Below are positions 9,746 to 19,537 of a stretch of DNA of 64,000 nt, in pieces (positions within the stretch are counted from its first letter, which is position 1; every line of letters starts with the position of its first letter). Source of the DNA: an uncultured Candidatus Saccharibacteria bacterium (GTDB lineage: Bacteria; Patescibacteriota; Minisyncoccia; Phycocordibacterales; UBA2100); the NCBI GenBank assembly GCA_964424265.1, contig CAYRHX010000001.1, positions 64,498 to 128,497 of the forward strand, given 5' to 3'. The notes under the pieces were generated by a model. That model ran no database searches. It saw nothing but the letters and a program-made list of their open reading frames with translations, and was not told the DNA's origin. Both the position numbers and the translations under genes were made by a program.

Positions 9746-10009
9746 TCAGCCTCTGTGTACCTTATTCCACACGGTTGCAAGCACATAACCAACGCAGTAA
9801 CCCACAACCGAAGCGAGAATAACGACAGTCGTCGCCGCTCCCACTTCAAACGGTCCAACGACGAGCGGCGTATGTGCCATGTGTGCCCACATCGAGAAAT
9901 CAAGAAGTGGCTGCGCCCAGCCTACAAGTACTAATAATGACCACAAAACGTGCCACCCACCGAGAACCGCCCCACCTACGATTCCTACTTTCCCTGGATT
10001 CATATGCAT
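9746..10009 (-). CDS. Small hypothetical membrane protein
   Basis: 87 aa with two hydrophobic helices. Immediately upstream of the metalloprotease gene on the same strand. Confidence 0.35.
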   Translation of the reverse strand: MHMNPGKVGIVGGAVLGGWHVLWSLLVLVGWAQPLLDFSMWAHMAHTPLVVGPFEVGAATTVVILASVVGYCVGYVLATVWNKVHRG

Positions 10010-10125
10010 ACCAATGTTGCGTACGCTAATAATATAGAAAGTATACTCCTATTTTTCACCTACAACTGCTCGCGCAGACAAAATCGTGGACGTAAAGAAA
10101 GCGCAGCAGAAACCGCCCGGACACC

Positions 10126-10812
10126 TCATCCCAAAAGTCCCTTTTTAGCTCGACCAGAATGAGTGTCGCAGCGAAGCTCGATACCAGAGCCTCCGACCTC
10201 AACAAAATGGAGTCCGGTTTGAATTTCACACAGGACGCACCTCCCTTTACCGCGCGTCCACGCATCGGACTTCACAGTAGCTGAGATCATGCGCTCGGCA
10301 ACATCAGGATCTCCCGGGCTATAAAACTCTGCATCGGCAAGCGTGAAGTAAAACTTGAAGACCTTTCTTCCGTCTTCTCTAATGTGTTTTGCGTCAATAC
10401 AATTAAAAATCCCCTTGTCGTACCACACGCCGGGATCAAGTTTCTCGTATATTTGTACCTGAAGCGGTTCTGTGCGGAGACCCCCCTTAAAGGCATGCGC
10501 AGCTTTAAAGAATTTCCCGTTCTCCGTAAGCGAGCCACTTTCGTACATTGCCAGTTGATCCACCGATTTTCCCCTCTCCACGGTTGTAGAATCATGACCT
10601 TCATATTCATACACTCCAGATTCCTCATTCCACACGTCTCTAAATCCAGTAGCCCGCGGCAACACCAAAAACACCGACAACTGGGTACCTGCATCCCTAA
10701 AATTCATCCCCTTCTGCGGCTCAATTCCTTCTCGCGTGATAAGCTCACTCGTCGAAATAATCGACGAGACCTGTTGCGGTGTCCCAACGTCGCCCAAAAA
10801 GTTCGACACCAT
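10126..10812 (-). CDS. SRA/YDG-like domain protein with a Cys/His-rich C-terminus; possible modified-DNA-binding nuclease
   Basis: GMNFRDAGTQLSVFLVLP ... GVYEYEGHD ... VWYDKGIF matches the SRA (YDG) pattern GIHGRSNDGAYSLVLA ... YTGSGG ... YDG. The C-terminal CVLCEIQTGLHFVEV...RCDTHSG looks like a degenerate HNH/Zn motif. Confidence 0.45.
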   Translation of the reverse strand: MVSNFLGDVGTPQQVSSIISTSELITREGIEPQKGMNFRDAGTQLSVFLVLPRATGFRDVWNEESGVYEYEGHDSTTVERGKSVDQLAMYESGSLTENGKFFKAAHAFKGGLRTEPLQVQIYEKLDPGVWYDKGIFNCIDAKHIREDGRKVFKFYFTLADAEFYSPGDPDVAERMISATVKSDAWTRGKGRCVLCEIQTGLHFVEVGGSGIELRCDTHSGRAKKGLLG

Positions 10813-10818
10813 ACCCTT

Positions 10819-11139
10819 TTAGCCCATCACCTGCTTCATTTGCTCTTCAATCGCCCGTTTAATTTTCCCCTCAAAAAGCCGCAGCATGAGCGGCAACTTC
10901 GCCGTTATGTCAAACTCGCGATCTTTGATCACCAACTGTCCGCTCACGTGTTGCCTTTCTGTCGTAAAGGCGAAATGAAGGGTTGAACCTTCCCAACGCT
11001 CTTCTTCGATCGTTGCTTTGCCTAAGAGCTGGGGACGCACATGTTCCAACGTTTTTTTTACCCTCAAGAGCGCGTCGTGTTTTGAAAGATTGTGTGGAAC
11101 CTTGAATTGCATCGGCAAACTATACGGCATCAAGCCCAC
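10819..11139 (-). CDS. PHA_gran_rgn-family small protein (TIGR02610-like)
   Basis: About 100 aa with the pattern hKVPHNLS...FTTERQHVSGQLVIKDREFDITAKLPLMLRLFEGKIKRAIEEQ, resembling the putative polyhydroxyalkanoic-acid-system protein family. Stop is 6 nt before the SRA gene start. Confidence 0.5.
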   Translation of the reverse strand: MGLMPYSLPMQFKVPHNLSKHDALLRVKKTLEHVRPQLLGKATIEEERWEGSTLHFAFTTERQHVSGQLVIKDREFDITAKLPLMLRLFEGKIKRAIEEQMKQVMG

Positions 11140-11229
11140 TCTGCAAAATTGCTACTCACGATGTGATTGATTGAATTGAGTCGAGCGTTACCCAAAGAAA
11201 AAAGGTGCCGGACAAAGCCAAGCACCTTC

Positions 11230-11826
11230 TCAATGTTTCGTCCGCCCTTTCGAGACGGCAGCGGCTCTTTTGCCGAGTGCCTGCCTCGTGCCGACGAGCT
11301 TTCTGGCGGTATACCACCAGAGCCGCATGTACGGCCCGCTCACCGCGGCCCGTATTTGGGCGGGGATCCTTTTCCACGCCAGAGGCACGTGCGCCTCGAG
11401 CCCCTTCAGCGTCGCTGAACGCATGAGGTATGGCGTCGCCACCTCTCGCATCCAGATTCCGATGAACGGAATCTTGCCCACATGCACCGGCATGATGAGC
11501 AAGACGAAGGCCGCGAAGCCACCGCAGAGCCCGCCTGCGATCAGCATCGCGAAGCGGATTGGCCATGTGGCCTGAATCCACCGCACGCGGACGACCTCGA
11601 ACCTCTCGAGCGTCGCGTGTGTGAGGCTTTTTGCCAATGCCTGATATGCCCGCCGCCATTTCATTGGCATGACCATGAGGCTCAGAAGCCATACGATCTT
11701 GCCGATAAACCGGCGAAATATTATCGCCACGACGGCTAGCACGATGGCTGCCACCTCTGGCGAAAAAAACACCGCAACCCCTGCACCGGTAAGCAGAATT
11801 GCGACGATCACAACGATGAATCGCAT
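11230..11826 (-). CDS. Hypothetical membrane protein in a GC-rich patch
   Basis: Multiple TM helices. The overlapping same-strand ORF 11156-11692 lacks protein-like features and is considered spurious. Confidence 0.45.
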   Translation of the reverse strand: MRFIVVIVAILLTGAGVAVFFSPEVAAIVLAVVAIIFRRFIGKIVWLLSLMVMPMKWRRAYQALAKSLTHATLERFEVVRVRWIQATWPIRFAMLIAGGLCGGFAAFVLLIMPVHVGKIPFIGIWMREVATPYLMRSATLKGLEAHVPLAWKRIPAQIRAAVSGPYMRLWWYTARKLVGTRQALGKRAAAVSKGRTKH

Positions 11827-11859
11827 CTCTGCCTCCTGTTTGGTGATTCGGGATCGCTA

Positions 11860-12606
11860 TTAGAGCATGGATTCGCCAAATGTAAACGATCCCACTAAAT
11901 TTTCAGCGATTTTGAAATCATCGGGAAGCGGTGCCACGAACTTCTCCCTTTTTCCTCCACGCATGAAAGAGATACTATGCGCATGCAGCGCGGGTCGTTT
12001 AAATCCAAAAAGAGCTGGTCTACCCTCTGCATACAAGTGATCTGCGACAAGCGGATGCCCGATGGATGCAAAATGAACGCGGATCTGGTGCGTACGCCCT
12101 GTTTTTGGAGACACTTCGATATACGCTGCGGATTCACCTGTGTCCGTCACGTTTTTGAGAAGCCGCCATTCAGTGATCGCCGCACGCTTCTCACCCTCGT
12201 CGCATAATCGAGCGTACCAGCGCTTCGGCAGTGTGTTGCTTCGCATGACTTCGGCGACTATCTTGCCATCATCGCTTTCCATGCGCCCATAGACAAACGC
12301 TCGATACACCTTCTCAACCCTCCTCTCTTTGAATTCGTGTTTCAAATACTCATACGCCTCAGGTGTTTTGGCCACGACCAGAATGCCACTTGTCGTACGA
12401 TCAAGTCGATGCACGATTCCCCGCAGAGGCACATGCTCGCTCTGAGGCGACACCCATGAGCCACCCACATCTGCAAGTGCCGGATATCTCTCAAAAATCC
12501 AATCAGCAAGAGACGGCTCGTGAGTGCGACCATCGTTGTGTACAATAAGGCCCGCTGGTTTATTGACGACAAGTACATCGTCCGTCTCAGCAAGTACTCT
12601 TGGCAC
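11860..12606 (-). CDS. RluA-family 23S rRNA/tRNA pseudouridine synthase
   Basis: Catalytic HRLDRTTSG motif, VVNKPAGL, and GRTHQIRVH. No S4 domain. Confidence 0.85.
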   Translation of the reverse strand: MPRVLAETDDVLVVNKPAGLIVHNDGRTHEPSLADWIFERYPALADVGGSWVSPQSEHVPLRGIVHRLDRTTSGILVVAKTPEAYEYLKHEFKERRVEKVYRAFVYGRMESDDGKIVAEVMRSNTLPKRWYARLCDEGEKRAAITEWRLLKNVTDTGESAAYIEVSPKTGRTHQIRVHFASIGHPLVADHLYAEGRPALFGFKRPALHAHSISFMRGGKREKFVAPLPDDFKIAENLVGSFTFGESML

Positions 12607-12609
12607 ACT

Positions 12610-13791
12610 TCAGCGCCACCCCTTGGCAACATCCATTTTAATTTTCACAACCGAACCGAGCGTGAGCAGCACGATGAGAAACTTCGCGGTATAGCCGAGG
12701 AGCGGAATGAATCCGATGAGCGTGTACACGACGGCACCAAGGAGTATCGTCTTCCAAGAAATCTGATACACGACGGGTTTGAATATCCATTTATGGACGA
12801 CGCTTCCCGTGATAATGAGCGACAATCCGCTCGTTACGAGCATGAGGATAATAAACGCGAGAAGACCAAGGATCCCGAGAGGAATGCCGATGATGGTCAC
12901 CAGAGCCATAATGGAGGCAACGGGTAGAACGATAAGCACAATAAGGCCTCTTCCCATCTCAAGCAATGGTTGCGAAGTCGCGTGTTCAACAAGTGTTTGA
13001 GCGTAATGCTTAAATAAAAGACCTAGGACGAGAGCAAAGACGAACATCGCCAGGAATTTTCCAAGAATGAAGATTGAGAGGATAGCAAGAATGCCTTTTG
13101 CTGAAATACGATTTGAAGGTGACGATGCTTTGAGCGGTACGAATGTGGTCTTGCCCCGTACGACGGCCCCTTCTTCCATCACGGCCTCCGACTCGGCTAC
13201 ATAATCAAGGTTCCCATCGACGATAGCGCCTTTACCGAGCGTAATCTTTCCGCCCTTAAACTCGACGTTACCGCGCACGTGTGAATTGATTGTCACTTCC
13301 CCGCCGGAGAGACTCATATTCCCTCCCACAGGCGACGTCACATGAAGCGCCCCTCCAACCCACAAGACATCACCACCGACATTGCTTCCAGAAATTTGTA
13401 CCTGCCCGCCACCTATCAGTACATCGTTCCCAACCTTTCCGTTTATGAGAATGTTTCCACCTCCAATACGCACATCGTCTCCCACATCAGCGATTACAGT
13501 AATCGATCCGGCTCCCACGATAAGATCTTGCGAGACAGAGCCATTAACAACAACAGTACCACCCGCGGCGATGAGATCACCATTTACCTTCCCTGCGCTT
13601 GTCGTGTTACCTCCCATGAGGTAGATGTCGCCTTTGGTCGTTTCGGCTTGCGCGAGCGTTGGCGAGTTTCCTGTCCGCACCTCTGCTGCGAAGGTGACTA
13701 CTGGAATAATAAGCATACCTACCATTAATACCCCCCACGAAACCCGGTCTCGTGTTTTCATGCAATAACTATACCCCTCCCTATCGCGCAT
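12610..13791 (-). CDS. Beta-helix-repeat (bactofilin-like) protein with a C-terminal multi-TM domain
   Basis: Signal/TM at the N-terminus, then repeated GxVxGDVxxGGG beta-helical repeats (VNGSVSQDLIVGAGSITVIADVGDDVRIGGGNILINGKVGNDVLIGGG...), then four C-terminal TM helices. Confidence 0.5.
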   Translation of the reverse strand: MRDREGYSYCMKTRDRVSWGVLMVGMLIIPVVTFAAEVRTGNSPTLAQAETTKGDIYLMGGNTTSAGKVNGDLIAAGGTVVVNGSVSQDLIVGAGSITVIADVGDDVRIGGGNILINGKVGNDVLIGGGQVQISGSNVGGDVLWVGGALHVTSPVGGNMSLSGGEVTINSHVRGNVEFKGGKITLGKGAIVDGNLDYVAESEAVMEEGAVVRGKTTFVPLKASSPSNRISAKGILAILSIFILGKFLAMFVFALVLGLLFKHYAQTLVEHATSQPLLEMGRGLIVLIVLPVASIMALVTIIGIPLGILGLLAFIILMLVTSGLSLIITGSVVHKWIFKPVVYQISWKTILLGAVVYTLIGFIPLLGYTAKFLIVLLTLGSVVKIKMDVAKGWR

Positions 13792-13853
13792 GCAACACTC
13801 CGCAACAATGGGGAAAAGCGGCTCGAAATCAAAGCAAAATGGCTCACGACCAT

Positions 13854-14159
13854 CTACGACCTCACAGAGATCGTGAAAGAGATCATGTCTCCAGTTTCGA
13901 TCCCTTCGGCCTTCCGAACACTCAACTTAAGAGGTAATAGATACGTCCCTGATTGTTTGTCGGGAAAGATAGACGTGTCCCAGATCGTTTTCCCCAGTGT
14001 CACGCGCACTCGTATAGAGCCGAACCCTCTTTTCACTTTTCCATACTTTTCTTTGATCTCGGCAGATTGCTTCTTATCAACATTCACAAAATGCCAAGCG
14101 GCCATGCCGGGGTATAGCCAGACTTCCGAACGAATCGTGTACTTCTTTTTCGCTACCAC
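13854..14159 (-). CDS. DUF1905-family protein
   Basis: YTIRSEVWLYPGMAAWHFVNV ... GSIRVRVTLGKTIWDTSIFP matches the DUF1905 pattern. Confidence 0.6.
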   Translation of the reverse strand: MVAKKKYTIRSEVWLYPGMAAWHFVNVDKKQSAEIKEKYGKVKRGFGSIRVRVTLGKTIWDTSIFPDKQSGTYLLPLKLSVRKAEGIETGDMISFTISVRS

Positions 14160-14162
14160 ACG

Positions 14163-14831
14163 CTATGGCGTTTGAGCAGGGATTTGAGATGCAGGCGCCG
14201 AGACCGGGCCCAATCGTAGCGACTGACGAATCGTGTCAAATGCCGCAATCAGCTCCTCGCGATCAAACTCGCGAATTGCGCCTGCACTGTAGTTCTCGAT
14301 CGCCGTTGAATGAATGAAATAACGCATCGCGGTGCACGGTGAACTATCCGAGAGAGCATAGACCACTTCCTCGTACCGATTGCCTGTGGCCGCACCGCTT
14401 GAGATCGCAACTGAGTATCGTACCCCATTTTCAGTAACAGTGATCGGCTTTACATCAGCTGCCAAATAGATATCTCCCGTGCAATTTTTTGCCCGCGGAA
14501 GCTGCTCAACCGATATGCCAGTGTCATAGCTTGAGAGGTTCGTACCAGTAGCCATTGCAATTGGAACGATGAATTTCACGCCATAAATCGGCTTCTTGGG
14601 ATTCACTTGATCATTTACGTATTCTCTATTTACGGAAAAATCATTGGGGTAAACCAGTGAATATGTGGTCGTTGCATACGTACTCGTGGCCATTTGCTGA
14701 GGCGCAGCAACGACTGGTTCTTCAACGGATGGCGATGCGCTCGGCAGTGTCATCCACACAAAGATTGCAATAGCTACGAGAAAAATGGCTGCGACCCCTC
14801 CGATAATTATTTTCATGTTTGCCATACGCAT
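14163..14831 (-). CDS. Hypothetical membrane-anchored extracellular protein
   Basis: N-terminal TM anchor (IIIGGVAAIFLVAIAIFVWM) followed by a 200-aa soluble domain. No recognised motifs. Confidence 0.45.
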   Translation of the reverse strand: MRMANMKIIIGGVAAIFLVAIAIFVWMTLPSASPSVEEPVVAAPQQMATSTYATTTYSLVYPNDFSVNREYVNDQVNPKKPIYGVKFIVPIAMATGTNLSSYDTGISVEQLPRAKNCTGDIYLAADVKPITVTENGVRYSVAISSGAATGNRYEEVVYALSDSSPCTAMRYFIHSTAIENYSAGAIREFDREELIAAFDTIRQSLRLGPVSAPASQIPAQTP

Positions 14832-14838
14832 TACATTG

Positions 14839-15159
14839 TTATTTAGTAGTATCCTCCCCGCCTTTCATTATATCCTTGGTCTGGATTGGAGATTGGATGC
14901 CCGGCACCCATTCCGCGTTAATAGTACCAAACTGTTTCTCATAGTCAGCGATCTGGTGTGCTAAGTATTGCGAAAGCCGTTTCATGTGCTGCGGTGTAAG
15001 CGCGTACATAATACCAGCCTCTCCCGTGAGCATTCCCATAACAAAAAACTCCCGAGAAAATGCGACCGTGATGTTCTCACAAAACTGCTTGGCGACCTTA
15101 TTGAAGTCCATAGGGTCATTATAGGCTCGCGAAGGCACTTGTCCAAAGGTAGCGCGCAA
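14839..15159 (-). CDS. DUF3467-family protein
   Basis: ITVAFSREFFVMGMLTGE ... LTPQHMKRLSQYLAHQIADYEKQFG fits the DUF3467 pattern. Confidence 0.55.
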   Translation of the reverse strand: MRATFGQVPSRAYNDPMDFNKVAKQFCENITVAFSREFFVMGMLTGEAGIMYALTPQHMKRLSQYLAHQIADYEKQFGTINAEWVPGIQSPIQTKDIMKGGEDTTK

Positions 15160-15212
15160 TCATTTGAGGGATCTAAGGGCTTCGATGAGTCGGCCACCAG
15201 GTCCTTTACCTG

Positions 15213-15713
15213 CTAAAATTTCGTGAAATGAAGCCTGCTTCCACCTTCCAAATAGACAAGATCGAGTGCTCCTTCGGCCAGACTCACCCTAAAATACCGC
15301 GCATTGCCATCGATCGTCATGAGTAGGTACACGAGCCCCGGAACGAGATCCGAGGATGCGTCCTCTGCCATGTCAGCGGTAAACACCCCCCACGTGCCGA
15401 CCTTAGTAATGAGCGTATCGCCAACATATCGGTCCACGACAATTCCATTCGAGGCAAACTCGAGCCTGAATCTATAATCTTCATCATTTTGCCAACTCCC
15501 CTCGAGAGATCGCATGACGTCGCTCGCCTCACGACTCATGCCAACATCGGGGATGCGCGACACATACTGCGTCGCCACCGGACTCGCCACCTGGCTCGAG
15601 ATACTCGGAAGACCATCCGCACGAAGCCCCACAAAGTACGCTCCAACACCCAACACAATGGCCACGATGATGCCAAAAAAAATCTTTTGACCTGCCGACT
15701 CTTTCATAATCAT
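15213..15713 (-). CDS. Hypothetical membrane-anchored protein
   Basis: N-terminal TM anchor and a 140-aa C-terminal domain. Confidence 0.45.
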   Translation of the reverse strand: MIMKESAGQKIFFGIIVAIVLGVGAYFVGLRADGLPSISSQVASPVATQYVSRIPDVGMSREASDVMRSLEGSWQNDEDYRFRLEFASNGIVVDRYVGDTLITKVGTWGVFTADMAEDASSDLVPGLVYLLMTIDGNARYFRVSLAEGALDLVYLEGGSRLHFTKF

Positions 15714-15794
15714 TTTTCTTCCAAATTATACCAAACCAACCGCCATGAAAATACCGAGGCCTCGGACGCACCAAGTATTGAATCCCGAACGCGA

Positions 15795-17156
15795 TCAGCC
15801 AAAGAAAATGCTGTACAAAAGCCACAGGTTGAGAGAAGCAATAATCGTCCCAATGACCCATGCGGCAGTGTTGAGGAGCTTCGAGTTAGCAAACTCACCC
15901 ATTATGCGCTTGCTGCCTGTAAACATAAGGAGCGGAAAAACAGCAAATGACAGCTGGATGCTTAGCACCACCTGACTAAGTATCAGTAGGTCCGTAACAC
16001 TTTCGGAACCGTAGACACCAATAAAAAGTATAGCTGGTACTATGGCGATGAGTCGGGTAATCATGCGACGTAGCCATGGCTTGATCTTGAGGTTGATAAA
16101 GCCTTCCATAATGATCTGCCCGGCAAGCGTGCCCGTGATGGTCGAGTTTTGTCCCGATGCAAGGAGCGCCACGCCGAAGAGAATGCTTGCGAAGCTAACT
16201 CCGAGGAGCGGCGACAACAGCTTGTATGCTTCTTCGATGTCAGCCACGTCTTGATAGCCGGAGAAGTGGAACGTTGCAGCAGCCACAATCAAAATGGCAG
16301 CATTTACGAAGAGGGCGAGCGTGAGCGCAAACGTAGAGTCAATGGTAGCAAACTTTATAGCCTCTCTCTTACCTTTTGGTGTCTCTTCATAGTTTCTGGT
16401 TTGCACAATCGCGGAGTGAAGGTAGAGGTTGTGAGGCATTACCGTCGCACCGAGAATACCAATAGCGATATAGAGCATTTCTGGATTGAACACGAGCTGC
16501 GTGGTCGGAATGAACCCAATCAGAAGCGGCGCAACTGCAGGCGCCGACAAGAGGATTTCCACGCCAAAAATTGAAGCGATAGTAGCTATGAGTACGATAA
16601 TGAATGCCTCAAGGTATCGGAACCCCTTACTTTGAAGAATAAGGATCACCAGTACATCGAGCGCTGTAATCAGCACCCCGAAAATGATGGGAATGTTAAA
16701 CAAAAGATAGAGCGCTACTGCCGAACCAAGGAGTTCTGCCAAGTCGCAAGCGATAATCATGATTTCCGCCATAAGCCAGAAGAATATAGCTGTCGGCTTA
16801 TTGAAATTCTCTCGACACATCTGTGCCAAGTCTCTACCGGTAGCGATACCGAGCTTAAGAGCCAAATGCTGCAACAGCATAGCAAAGAAGTTTGAAATGA
16901 GAATAACGGCCAAAAGCGCGTAGCCAAACTGTGCGCCTCCGGCCAAGTCAGTAGCCCAGTTACCCGGGTCCATGTATCCCACCGCCACCAAGAAGCCCGG
17001 CCCAGCGAACGCAAGGAGTTTTCGAAAGAAGGCGTAGTGTTGTGGGACAGGAATTGATTTATGTACCTCCGGCAAGCTCTTGTTTGAAAAAAGTTCGCCA
17101 TCAGTGCCGAGTCCTTTTTTCCACCCCAGAGCTTCGAGTAAATTTGTGTGTGTCAT
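15795..17156 (-). CDS. mntH: Nramp-family divalent metal (Mn2+/Fe2+) transporter
   Basis: GPGFLVAVGYMDPGNWATDLAGGAQFGY Nramp signature with 11 TM helices. Length 453 aa. Confidence 0.9.
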   Translation of the reverse strand: MTHTNLLEALGWKKGLGTDGELFSNKSLPEVHKSIPVPQHYAFFRKLLAFAGPGFLVAVGYMDPGNWATDLAGGAQFGYALLAVILISNFFAMLLQHLALKLGIATGRDLAQMCRENFNKPTAIFFWLMAEIMIIACDLAELLGSAVALYLLFNIPIIFGVLITALDVLVILILQSKGFRYLEAFIIVLIATIASIFGVEILLSAPAVAPLLIGFIPTTQLVFNPEMLYIAIGILGATVMPHNLYLHSAIVQTRNYEETPKGKREAIKFATIDSTFALTLALFVNAAILIVAAATFHFSGYQDVADIEEAYKLLSPLLGVSFASILFGVALLASGQNSTITGTLAGQIIMEGFINLKIKPWLRRMITRLIAIVPAILFIGVYGSESVTDLLILSQVVLSIQLSFAVFPLLMFTGSKRIMGEFANSKLLNTAAWVIGTIIASLNLWLLYSIFFG

Positions 17157-17181
17157 AGTGATTTTCTAAGTAATTTTTTAA

Positions 17182-17604
17182 TCATTTGGTACCTTTAGAA
17201 ATAGCTGAACCATGAGGATCCTGCTTTGGTTTCCCCAGAAATGCGTCCAGATTTTTTGTTACGACATCGCTGAGCGCGTGCTCAAGCTTGTGCGCCTCTT
17301 CGTGAACCTGATTAATTGGGATTTTGAGGACGGTGTGCAGAAATACTTCTGCAATTCGGTGCTTGTACGTCAATTTTTCGGCCAATTTCCTACCTTTTTT
17401 GGTAAGAACGATTTCAGAATATTCCGCAGGAGCGACGAGCTTCTGACGCATAAGATCCCGCAACCGCTCTGAAACCGTCGATTTGCTCAGATTCATATAC
17501 TTTGCGATCCGCACCGTACCGGTCGTACCCTCGTTATTTTTCTGGGAAATAAGAATGGCCCTCAGATAATCTTCCTGTGTGAGAGTGATTGGTTTTGCTT
17601 TCAT
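17182..17604 (-). CDS. mntR: DtxR/MntR-family metal-dependent transcriptional repressor
   Basis: N-terminal winged HTH (QEDYLRAILI...VRIAKYMNLSKSTVSERL) plus a metal-binding helical domain. Directly upstream of mntH on the same strand. Confidence 0.8.
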   Translation of the reverse strand: MKAKPITLTQEDYLRAILISQKNNEGTTGTVRIAKYMNLSKSTVSERLRDLMRQKLVAPAEYSEIVLTKKGRKLAEKLTYKHRIAEVFLHTVLKIPINQVHEEAHKLEHALSDVVTKNLDAFLGKPKQDPHGSAISKGTK

Positions 17605-17670
17605 ACAAAGTTCGTATATACGAACATTTAGAGTACAGTACCATCAACCTCTGCTTCGCGCAATCAGCGG

Positions 17671-19452
17671 TTAGCGTCGCGCTTTGGAGCGATCCGTCTC
17701 GGTAAGCTGTTGTTTGCGGAGGCGCACAGACGTAGGAGTAATTTCGAGGTACTCATCTTCGGCCATGACTTCCATGCCGCGTTCGATAGAGAGCGAGAAT
17801 GGCGGAATAAGATTGATCGCCTCATCCGCCCCGCTCGAACGCATGTTGGTCAACTGCTTACCCTTCGTTGGGTTCACGCTCATTTCCTCGCCTTTCGAGG
17901 TGTTACCAATCACCATTCCCTCATACACCTCTACCGCAGGCCCAATATAGAGGACACCGCGCTCCTGGAGATTCCAGAGAGAGAATCCGAGTGCCTTTCC
18001 GCTTGCCATCGAGATCATGGAACCCACTTGCTTGCGTTTGATTTCACCAACATGCGACTTAAAGCCAACGACGCGAGAAGAGAGAATCCCCTCACCTTTT
18101 GTATCGAGCACGAATTGCGAGCGATAACCCAAGAGCCCGCGTGTCGGACCTTCAAAAATGAGACGGACGCTACTTTCGTGCACCTTCATATCTTTCATCA
18201 CAAATTTGCGTGTTCCCAAACGCTCGATAATGGCACCCTGATACGTCTGCGGAGTATCGACGACTACTTCCTCAAAAGGCTCAGATTTTATGCCCCCTTC
18301 CTCGTGGAAAATCACTTGCGGCTGAGAGACTTGCATTTCGTAACCCTCGCGACGCATGTTTTCGAGTAAAATCGCTATGTGCAATTCTCCACGGCCCGAG
18401 ACCTTAAACGTGTCGCCGCCAGAAAAGTCCACCCGAAGCCCAACGTTGATCTCAAGTTCGCGTTCAAGACGATCACGGATCTGCCGTGATGTAACAAATT
18501 TTCCTTCGCGGCCAGCAAAGGGAGAATTATTGACGAGAAAATTGAGAGTAATGGTCGGCTCGTCGATAGCAATAGCGGGAAGCGGCTCCGTGTTCTGATC
18601 TGTGGTGATGGTTTCTCCGATGAAGATATCGGGAAGTCCTGCGATCATCGCAATATCCCCTGCTGCTACTTCTGTCGATTCGATTTTTTGCAAACCTTTG
18701 AAAGTAAACATCTTTGTGATCTTGCCAGAGCGCGTCTCTCCCGTAGGCTTCTTTACAAACACCGTGTCACCCGTCTTGAGCACTCCCTCATAGACGCGCA
18801 CAACCGCAAGGCGACCGAGGAAGTTGTCGTATCCAAGATTGAATGGCTGTAACTTCGCGGCACGCGCATCTTCTGCGACTTCGGTGGGTGGCACATGAGA
18901 AAGCACCATCTCAAGAAGCGGTGTCAGATCGGATGACTCATCGGTGAGTTTGAGTTTGGCGATTCCTTGTCTTCCAATAGCATAAACGATTGGAAAATCC
19001 GCCTGCTCATTGCTCGCGCCAAGCTCGAGGAAGAGCTCAAGCACCTGCTCCTCGGTACGTGCAGGATCTGCCGCTGGCTTGTCGATCTTGTTGATGACCA
19101 CGATCGGTTTGAGTCCGAGCTCAAGAGACTTCTTGAGTACAAAACGCGTCTGTGGCATTGGACCTTCTTGCGCGTCAACGACGAGCAAAACGGAGTCGAT
19201 CGATCGCAATACGCGTTCGACCTCAGAGCCAAAGTCGGCGTGTCCAGGAGTGTCGACGATGTTGATCTTGGTGCCCTTATAAAATACAGCAGCATTTTTG
19301 GAATATATGGTGATACCACGTTCGCGCTCAAGCGCATTCGAATCCATGGATACCCCCTCCTCAGCCACGCCCATCTGACGCAAAAGCGCGTCCGTGAGCG
19401 TGGTCTTCCCATGATCCACGTGTGCGATGATGGCAATGTTTCTAATTTGCAT
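17671..19452 (-). CDS. typA: Translational GTPase TypA/BipA
   Basis: [20 protein letters not shown]1 motif, DTPGHADF, and the NKID motif. Start is trimmed to the conserved ATG at 19452. Confidence 0.9.
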   Translation of the reverse strand: MQIRNIAIIAHVDHGKTTLTDALLRQMGVAEEGVSMDSNALERERGITIYSKNAAVFYKGTKINIVDTPGHADFGSEVERVLRSIDSVLLVVDAQEGPMPQTRFVLKKSLELGLKPIVVINKIDKPAADPARTEEQVLELFLELGASNEQADFPIVYAIGRQGIAKLKLTDESSDLTPLLEMVLSHVPPTEVAEDARAAKLQPFNLGYDNFLGRLAVVRVYEGVLKTGDTVFVKKPTGETRSGKITKMFTFKGLQKIESTEVAAGDIAMIAGLPDIFIGETITTDQNTEPLPAIAIDEPTITLNFLVNNSPFAGREGKFVTSRQIRDRLERELEINVGLRVDFSGGDTFKVSGRGELHIAILLENMRREGYEMQVSQPQVIFHEEGGIKSEPFEEVVVDTPQTYQGAIIERLGTRKFVMKDMKVHESSVRLIFEGPTRGLLGYRSQFVLDTKGEGILSSRVVGFKSHVGEIKRKQVGSMISMASGKALGFSLWNLQERGVLYIGPAVEVYEGMVIGNTSKGEEMSVNPTKGKQLTNMRSSGADEAINLIPPFSLSIERGMEVMAEDEYLEITPTSVRLRKQQLTETDRSKARR

Positions 19453-19454
19453 AG

Positions 19455-19480
19455 ATAAAATAAAAATGCCCGAGGGCATT
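19455..19480 (-). terminator. Intrinsic terminator hairpin downstream of the DsbA-like gene, abutting the typA start
   Basis: Minus strand reads AATGCCCTCGGGCATT followed by TTTTTATTTT. The hairpin ends 3 nt before the typA ATG. Confidence 0.4.
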
Positions 19481-19537
19481 GAAGGAGCAAATATACCCCT
19501 TTTTTAGGTATCTGTCAATTGCGAAATGCAGTCACTC

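Noticed and set aside
11156-11692. 178-aa minus-strand ORF, and several others, in the GC-rich patch 11.1-11.8 kb
   Set aside because: The Arg/Ala-rich translation is typical of off-frame reading in GC-rich DNA. The overlapping frame encodes a plausible TM protein instead.
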